Shown here piece by piece: positions 58,687 through 64,000 of a stretch of 64,000 bases of DNA. Source of the DNA: an uncultured delta proteobacterium (GTDB lineage: Bacteria > Myxococcota > Myxococcia > Myxococcales > Myxococcaceae). The stretch is from the NCBI GenBank assembly GCA_963713045.1, contig CAVQKE010000004.1:256001-320000 (forward strand), read 5' to 3'. The notes beneath the pieces were generated by a model. That model searched no databases. It was not told where the DNA came from and saw nothing but the letters and a program-made list of their open reading frames with translations. A program made the position numbers and the translations under genes. Positions within the stretch are counted from its first letter, which is position 1. Each line of letters starts with the position of its first letter.

Positions 58687-58950
58687 TCACTTCATCGATG
58701 ACGTAAGAGCAGGCGGTGGTTGTGGAGACCTTTCGACGACTTCACCGTCCACCACTACCACCGGTGGGACAAACGCCCTCGGGCGCGTCCAGGAGACACG
58801 ACGAGAAGGATTTGCTGCCGCGGCAGCGTAACGGTTTGCGGTAACCGTTGCGGTCTCGCGGCGCTCCACAAGGGACCGGAGCCAACGAAACACCAGCGTC
58901 AAAACCAGACCCACCAAAAGGCCTATTGCTGCAAAATTGACGAGTCCCAT
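58687..58950 (-). CDS. Possible small single-pass membrane protein
   Basis: MGLVNFAAIGLLVGLVLTLVFRWLR hydrophobic N-terminus. No family recognised. Confidence 0.35.
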   Translation of the reverse strand: MGLVNFAAIGLLVGLVLTLVFRWLRSLVERRETATVTANRYAAAAANPSRRVSWTRPRAFVPPVVVVDGEVVERSPQPPPALTSSMK

Positions 58951-59078
58951 CGGAGTGAACCCTAAGGGGCCCGTCCGCGGAGTGAATGCCTGCTCTCGGA
59001 GCCAATCCGTTGCCTGGTCATGCGTCGCGCGCCTCCATGGGGGCGGCGATACTGGTCTGGTCATCAATTCCCAGGGGG

Positions 59079-59585
59079 ATGCCGATGAATGCCGTCCGCG
59101 CTCGTTCAGTGTTCGCCGCCACCGTACTCTCGCTGCTCGCCACCGCCGCCCTCGCTGGTCCGGGGATGGAACCCTCCCCGGTTGCCGGACTCAAAGAGGG
59201 AAAGATCGTCTTCGACATCACCGAGGGCGACGGCAAAAAGCTGCTGGTCCGGATCGAATCGATTGAGGAGACGCGGCAGGATCTCATCAAGCAGGGTGTC
59301 ACACCCCGCTTCGTGCTCTCCTTCCGTGGCCCGGCCACACTCTTGGTGCAGTCTGATTTGCAGAAAGTGAAGCCGGAGGACCGGCCCTTCGCCGGCCAAA
59401 TCACCGCGCTTCTCACGCAGCTGTCGAAGTCGCCAGGCGTTGAGAGCCTGGAACAGTGTGCGGTCGCAATTCGCCACATGGGGACCAAGGCGGAGAATGT
59501 CGTCCCGCCCCTCAAGGTCGTGGCGAACAGCTTCGTGACCATCATGGCCTGGGAAGCGAAGGGCTACGCCTACATCCGGGCGTGA
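59079..59585 (+). CDS. Secreted DsrE-like protein
   Basis: Signal peptide, plus KIVFDI, FVLSFRGPA, LEQCAVA and KGYAYI. Confidence 0.75.
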   Translation: MPMNAVRARSVFAATVLSLLATAALAGPGMEPSPVAGLKEGKIVFDITEGDGKKLLVRIESIEETRQDLIKQGVTPRFVLSFRGPATLLVQSDLQKVKPEDRPFAGQITALLTQLSKSPGVESLEQCAVAIRHMGTKAENVVPPLKVVANSFVTIMAWEAKGYAYIRA

Positions 59586-59741
59586 GCGCTTCTGCGGGGA
59601 CGGCCCAGCGCCAGTCGCCAGCTCTCGCCCCCGAGTGGAGGCGGTCACGCCCAGGCCGGCTCCGGGCTTCCACCGGGGCCAGACGTAAGGCGGTCTCAAG
59701 GTGCGCGCTTCGCCGTTGCACCTTGAGACGTTTCTGTGGCC

Positions 59742-60038
59742 TCACACCGCCGGCTTGAGGGGGTCGTGCTCGGCGATGAGACGGCTCACCCGGGCGTCGT
59801 CAATGCGTGCGCTGAGGCGGCTCGCCTCATGCATGTCGCGGACTGTCTTGGCGAGGCTGAGGGATGAGCCGATGGTGAAGAGCAGGCCCATGGCCATGAA
59901 GCCCTTCGCCCAGGCGTCGACGGGCAGACACCAGATGCCAATGGCGGTGGCCGTGGAAGAGGCGAAGAATGAAATCCAGGACTGCGCCACCCAGGCGGGG
60001 CTGTGGGCGGGAGCCAGTTCGGGTTGGAGTCGCGGCAT
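59742..60038 (-). CDS. YiaA/YiaB family inner-membrane protein
   Basis: AWVAQSWISF...GIWCLPVDAWAKGF...SLSLAKTVRD. Confidence 0.85.
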   Translation of the reverse strand: MPRLQPELAPAHSPAWVAQSWISFFASSTATAIGIWCLPVDAWAKGFMAMGLLFTIGSSLSLAKTVRDMHEASRLSARIDDARVSRLIAEHDPLKPAV

Positions 60039-60056
60039 GGTGGTTTTCCTCCAACG

Positions 60057-60362
60057 CTAGGCGCCGCGGAGGACGTCGAGGCCAAATCGCATCAGAGACA
60101 GTGGGAAGGCCCGAGGGAGCAGGGCCAGCGCCACCATCAGTCCGGCGTGAACGGCCACGGCCGACAGTGGCGTGGCGAAACGAGAGATGGCGACGGTGGT
60201 CAAGGCCGCGAAGCCCAGAAGCCACAGCCAGAAGCTTCCCGCCGCCAGAAGCCCCGTGGCCAGCCCCGCCGGCGAGCCGAGGCACTTGAGGGTGAAAACC
60301 AGCCCGAGCAAAACCCAGCCAGCAAGGAGCAACAGATGGACAGCATTGCGCATCGGTTTCAT
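60057..60362 (-). CDS. Small membrane protein
   Basis: Three hydrophobic segments. AGGAG upstream of ATG 60362. Confidence 0.6.
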   Translation of the reverse strand: MKPMRNAVHLLLLAGWVLLGLVFTLKCLGSPAGLATGLLAAGSFWLWLLGFAALTTVAISRFATPLSAVAVHAGLMVALALLPRAFPLSLMRFGLDVLRGA

Positions 60363-60438
60363 GAAAGAGACTCCTTCCGCTTGCGCCAAGGACCGACGGC
60401 GCGGGGAGGGAGGCTGCCCGAATCAGTTGATTCCTTCA

Positions 60439-60468
60439 TTGAACTAATTACGACATGATTGATAAACT
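60439..60468 (+). promoter_or_regulatory. Putative sigma70-type promoter directly abutting the LysR start (leaderless)
   Basis: TTGAAC-N18-TAAACT, followed 7 nt later by ATG 60476. No Shine-Dalgarno sequence. Confidence 0.5.
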
Positions 60469-60475
60469 GTAGTGT

Positions 60476-61354
60476 ATGACGTCTCTGGACCGATTGACCG
60501 GTTTCTACTGGGTGGCACGCACCGAGGGCTACGCACGCGCTGTGCGCGCCTTCCCCTACCCAATCACCGAGCCGGGCGTGCACCAGCAGGTGCGGCGCCT
60601 GGAGAAAGAAGTCGGAGTGTCCCTCTTTGCCCGTGTCGGGAAGGACCGTGTGGTGCCGACCGAGGCCGGCCGTGCCCTGTATGCCTTCGTTGCGCCCTTT
60701 CTGGAGCAGCTGCCGGCGGTGGCTGAGTCGCTAAGACCCGGTCGCTTCGGTGGCGTGCTCCGTCTGGGCGCCTCTCCACTTCTGGTGCAGGGGCTGCTTC
60801 CGGCGTGGTTGCGGCGGCTTCAGCGCCAGCGGCCCGACATCGACGTTGCCCTCAGCGAGCTGAGAACGCCGGACTTGGAGCTACTGCGTGCTGGTGACTT
60901 GGACCTCCTGGTGGACCACCTGCCGCACGTCCCCGACGAATTCGAGGTGAAAACCGTAGGACGGTTGTGGAGTTTCCTGGCACTGCCGGCGGACCACCCA
61001 CTCGCCGGCAAGACCCCGCTCTCGGTGCGTGCCCTGCGCGACGTTCCCTTCATCGCCTACAACGCCGACCGGGCCAGCCGCATGCAGCAGCTTCGCGGCC
61101 TGGCCGCGTACGGTGGCTCGGACAAAGAGCACTACTCGGCAGACTCGGCCGAATCACTGCTCGGCTTCGTCGCCGCTGGCCTCGGCTTCACCATCGTCCC
61201 CTGGCTTGACCCTCGCGGCCCGCGCCGTGCTGGGGTGGTCGTGGAGCGCCTGCACGTCCCCGGCTCGCAGTTCCCCGTGCATGCGGTCTGGCGCCGCAGC
61301 TTGCACCACCCGCTCGTGGACGCCGCGATGCACGCGGCACCGCCCGCCGCGTGA
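60476..61354 (+). CDS. LysR family transcriptional regulator
   Basis: HTH ...ITEPGVHQQVRRLEKEVGVSLFAR...PTEAG, plus GVLRLGA and FVAAGLG. Divergent from two membrane-protein genes. Confidence 0.92.
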   Translation: MTSLDRLTGFYWVARTEGYARAVRAFPYPITEPGVHQQVRRLEKEVGVSLFARVGKDRVVPTEAGRALYAFVAPFLEQLPAVAESLRPGRFGGVLRLGASPLLVQGLLPAWLRRLQRQRPDIDVALSELRTPDLELLRAGDLDLLVDHLPHVPDEFEVKTVGRLWSFLALPADHPLAGKTPLSVRALRDVPFIAYNADRASRMQQLRGLAAYGGSDKEHYSADSAESLLGFVAAGLGFTIVPWLDPRGPRRAGVVVERLHVPGSQFPVHAVWRRSLHHPLVDAAMHAAPPAA

Positions 61355-61492
61355 TGCCGGCGCGAGATGCCCCGATGCCTCGCTCCTAAGAGGTACCTTC
61401 AACGCAGCCTGGACGGCTCGCGCAGTAGCGGCGAACCTTCTGGCCGTGAAGCCGATGGAGGCTCTCGGTCAGAGCTGCGCGCAGACCAAATA

Positions 61493-61565
61493 TGTCCCCG
61501 ACGGGATTCGAACCCGTGTTACCGGCTTGAAAGGCCAGCGTCCTGGGCCTCTAGACGACGGGGAC
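61493..61565 (-). tRNA. tRNA-Glu (anticodon TTC), CCA not encoded
   Basis: Reverse complement GTCCCCGTCGTCTAGAGGCCCAGGACGCTGGCCTTTCAAGCCGGTAACACGGGTTCGAATCCCGTCGGGGACA folds as a cloverleaf. Confidence 0.96.
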
Positions 61566-61580
61566 CCACATCTCCGAACA

Positions 61581-61653
<73 letters not shown>

Positions 61654-61742
61654 GTACCGGTGGTCATGTCCCAAGTTGCCCATGGCTGCAAGCCCGAACC
61701 CGCGTGGTCCTCGCGACGAGAGAGCCCGATTCCCCGGTGACC

Positions 61743-62270
61743 ATGCCCCAGGACCATGAAGCCGAGCCTTCCGAGGGTGAGGAAGAGGCGCAGGGACCGG
61801 GCCGCCTCTATCTAACCCGAGCCGGCGCGGAACGCCTCCATGCCGAGCTGCTCGCGCTTCTCAAATCCGAGCGGCCGCGCGTCACGGCCGAAGTCAGTGC
61901 AGCGGCGGCGCAGGGTGACCGCAGCGAGAACGCCGAATACATCTACGGAAAGAAGCGCCTTCGGGAAATCGACCGACGGATTCACTTCCTGCAGCGTCGG
62001 TTGGACAACTCGACGGTGGTCGACCCGCGCGAGCAAAAGGACCAGGGCCGCGTCTACTTCGGAGCGACGTTGTTGCTAGAAGACGAGGAGGGCAAGCGCT
62101 TGGCCTACCAACTGGTGGGTGCCGATGAAACGGATACGCGCGGAGGGCGCATCAGCGTGGACTCGCCACTGGGCCGGGCCCTTCTGGGCAAACCCCTTGG
62201 CGCTTCGGTGACAGTCCAGCGTCCACGGGGAGAAGTGGACGTGACCATTGTCGAGATTCGGTACGAGTAA
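61743..62270 (+). CDS. greB: Transcription elongation factor GreB
   Basis: Motifs YLTRAG, ERPRVT, AAAQGDRSENAEYIYGKKRLREIDRR, VYFGA and ISVDSPLGRALLG. Confidence 0.95.
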   Translation: MPQDHEAEPSEGEEEAQGPGRLYLTRAGAERLHAELLALLKSERPRVTAEVSAAAAQGDRSENAEYIYGKKRLREIDRRIHFLQRRLDNSTVVDPREQKDQGRVYFGATLLLEDEEGKRLAYQLVGADETDTRGGRISVDSPLGRALLGKPLGASVTVQRPRGEVDVTIVEIRYE

Positions 62271-62325
62271 AGGTGCCTTGGCGGAAACACGGGTCCACCC
62301 GCGGCTGTGGCGCACCTACCGGCGT

Positions 62326-63195
62326 ATGGATGCTGCCTTGCTCACCGCGCAGGACGCCTTCTCCGGCGAAGAGGAGCTGGCGCTGCAGAGGCGGGATGGG
62401 CGGAGCGGGTTGGCCTTCGGCATCTACAGCCGCGCCGGTGTGGAGAATGCGCTTCGGGCCTATGGCGCCCTGGAGCGGCTGGAGGCGCGGGGGCTGGGCT
62501 CCGTCGACGTCCGTCTGGACCTCAGCGACGCTTACCGGCCCCGCATTCGCCTGGAAAGTCCCCGCTTCGAGGGGCGCCCCTTTCTGGACGTCGAGCTCCG
62601 CGAGACGTCGGGCGCAGCGATGGGTCTACCCTCGGCCTGGGCCGAGCTGCGGGTGCTGCACCTCGAGTCCCTGCTACTTCAGCACCCGGGCCGAAGCTTC
62701 GAGTGGTCCCGGCCCCCACTTCCGGGGCAAGAATTTCCCGGGTTGTCGCTCTCGACGGAGGTGCTTCAGCTGCTGCTTCTCCTCACCAAACGGGTGGGTG
62801 CGGAGGCGATGGCCCTCCGGCCCTCGACCTTCCACGCCGCGTCGGCGTACAGCAAGTACTTCCACTTCATCGACGGGCGGTCCGAGGGTCGGTTCGAGTC
62901 CTTAGCTGCCGACCCCCGCCTGCGGCCGCTGTGGGTGCTTTCCTGGGCGTTGGAACTGGGCTGCCTGCGACGGGACGGCGAGCGCGTCACCTTTGCACCG
63001 GACGTCATGCTTGCTCCACTCAGCCGGCGAGCGGCAGCCCCCTTCGCGGCCAAAAGCTGGAAGCGCGCTTACCTGCTTGGCCGCGTCGAGCGGCACGTCC
63101 TGGATGTTGCTTGCCTTCGCGCGCGGTTTCCATTCGGCCGCATGCCAGACGGCAAGCCGCCGGCCTCCTTTCAGAAGCTCCTCCGGCCACCCTAA
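62326..63195 (+). CDS. Hypothetical protein resembling the C-terminal domain of myxobacterial histone-deacetylase-family proteins
   Basis: LHLESLLLQHP...F...RPPLPGQEFPGL.L and RPSTFHAA..Y pattern, recalled from that family rather than searched. Confidence 0.5.
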   Translation: MDAALLTAQDAFSGEEELALQRRDGRSGLAFGIYSRAGVENALRAYGALERLEARGLGSVDVRLDLSDAYRPRIRLESPRFEGRPFLDVELRETSGAAMGLPSAWAELRVLHLESLLLQHPGRSFEWSRPPLPGQEFPGLSLSTEVLQLLLLLTKRVGAEAMALRPSTFHAASAYSKYFHFIDGRSEGRFESLAADPRLRPLWVLSWALELGCLRRDGERVTFAPDVMLAPLSRRAAAPFAAKSWKRAYLLGRVERHVLDVACLRARFPFGRMPDGKPPASFQKLLRPP

Positions 63196-63340
63196 ACGTC
63201 GCCCCCAGGGCGTGGCTCCACCCGTCGGAGCCCGTGCCTATACTTCCGCCGCGATGAGAGAAGGGGAGTGTGCGGCGCCCGGTCGTGGCGCGGCGAGGTC
63301 TGTTGCACCCGCGGTCCACAGAGGCATCCGGCACCCCACG

Positions 63341-64000
63341 ATGGAAAAGAACTTCATCCTCGACACCAACGTCCTGCTTCACGATCCGCGGTCGCTCTTC
63401 ACCTTCGAAGACAACAACGTCGTCATCCCCATCTATGTCATCGAGGAGGTCGACAAGTTCAAGCGTGACTTGAGCGAACTCGGTCGAAACGCTCGACTGG
63501 TGGCGCGCTATCTGGATGCGCTCCGCGCCGAGGGCTCGCTGGCCGAAGGAGTCCCGCTCCCCGGCGGCGGCAACCTGCGGGTGGTGGTGAGCCACCGGCC
63601 GCTCTCGCCCGCCATCGGTGACGCGCAGCTGATGGACAACCGCATCCTCTCGGTTGCGCTCGACATGAAGGAGCGCGAACCGGATGTGAAGGCGGTGTTC
63701 ATCACCAAGGACACCTCGCTGCGCATCCGGGCGGATGCGGTGGGCCTTGAGGCCCAAGACTACGACGCTCAGCGCGTTGAAATCAGCGAACTCTTCACGG
63801 GGCACCGGGAGCTGCTGGTGCCCCGCGAGTTGGTTGACCAGATGTACAAGCCCGGCGCCGAGGTCGCGGTCCCAGAGGCCGAGACGCTCTCCCCGAACGA
63901 ATTCGTCCTGCTCAAGGACGAAACCAACCCCTCCCACACCGCCATGGGCCGGATGAGCCCATCCAAGGGCCGGTTAATCCCGCTGTTGCGGACAGTGAAG
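63341..64000 (+). CDS. PIN-PhoH (PhoH2/YlaK-like) protein, 3' end outside window
   Basis: Not in the ORF track because it has no stop in the window. ATG 63341 reads MEKNFILDTNVLLHDP...VVIPIYVIEEVDKFK...LGRNAR...DNRIL...FITKDTSLRIRADAVG. Confidence 0.9.
   Translation, partial: MEKNFILDTNVLLHDPRSLFTFEDNNVVIPIYVIEEVDKFKRDLSELGRNARLVARYLDALRAEGSLAEGVPLPGGGNLRVVVSHRPLSPAIGDAQLMDNRILSVALDMKEREPDVKAVFITKDTSLRIRADAVGLEAQDYDAQRVEISELFTGHRELLVPRELVDQMYKPGAEVAVPEAETLSPNEFVLLKDETNPSHTAMGRMSPSKGRLIPLLRTVK

Overview
This is a 64 kb, high-GC chromosomal window from a probable myxobacterium (Myxococcota). The assignment is inferred from tgl, phasin-like genes, a DivIVA homologue and Cys/DAG-rich lipoproteins. 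From left to right it holds: (1) a shikimate operon (aroA-aroE-aroC/aroK fusion-aroB-aroQ); (2) a ~12 kb accessory block (iorAB-like molybdoenzyme, DUF3419/DoxX/SRPBCC genes, ABC1 kinase, porin/beta-barrel/lipoprotein operon, VOC protein); (3) a complete trpEGDCFBA operon divergent from a DAHP synthase; (4) hemB, then a tandem-duplicated Ddl-like ATP-grasp ligase with TetR and a DmpA-type peptidase; (5) phasins, SLT, tgl and recO; (6) a cluster of Cys-rich, almost lysine-free lipoproteins around glyQS; (7) an FHA protein, polA and a GAF histidine kinase; (8) a second accessory block (nucleotidyltransferase pair, DivIVA, binding-protein/HK/RR module, frameshifted M48 protease, DsrE-like, LysR); and (9) tRNA-Glu, tRNA-Lys, greB and a truncated PIN-PhoH gene. 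I saw no integrase, transposase or CRISPR array. The most notable signals are a near-total depletion of GATC (about 11 sites found by eye, mostly in the accessory blocks), the AroC-AroK fusion, the double-Ddl/DmpA module, the lysine-free lipoprotein cluster with a 21-aa Cys repeat, and a probable CTG start for trpB. All calls rest on motif recognition by eye; no database searches were run.
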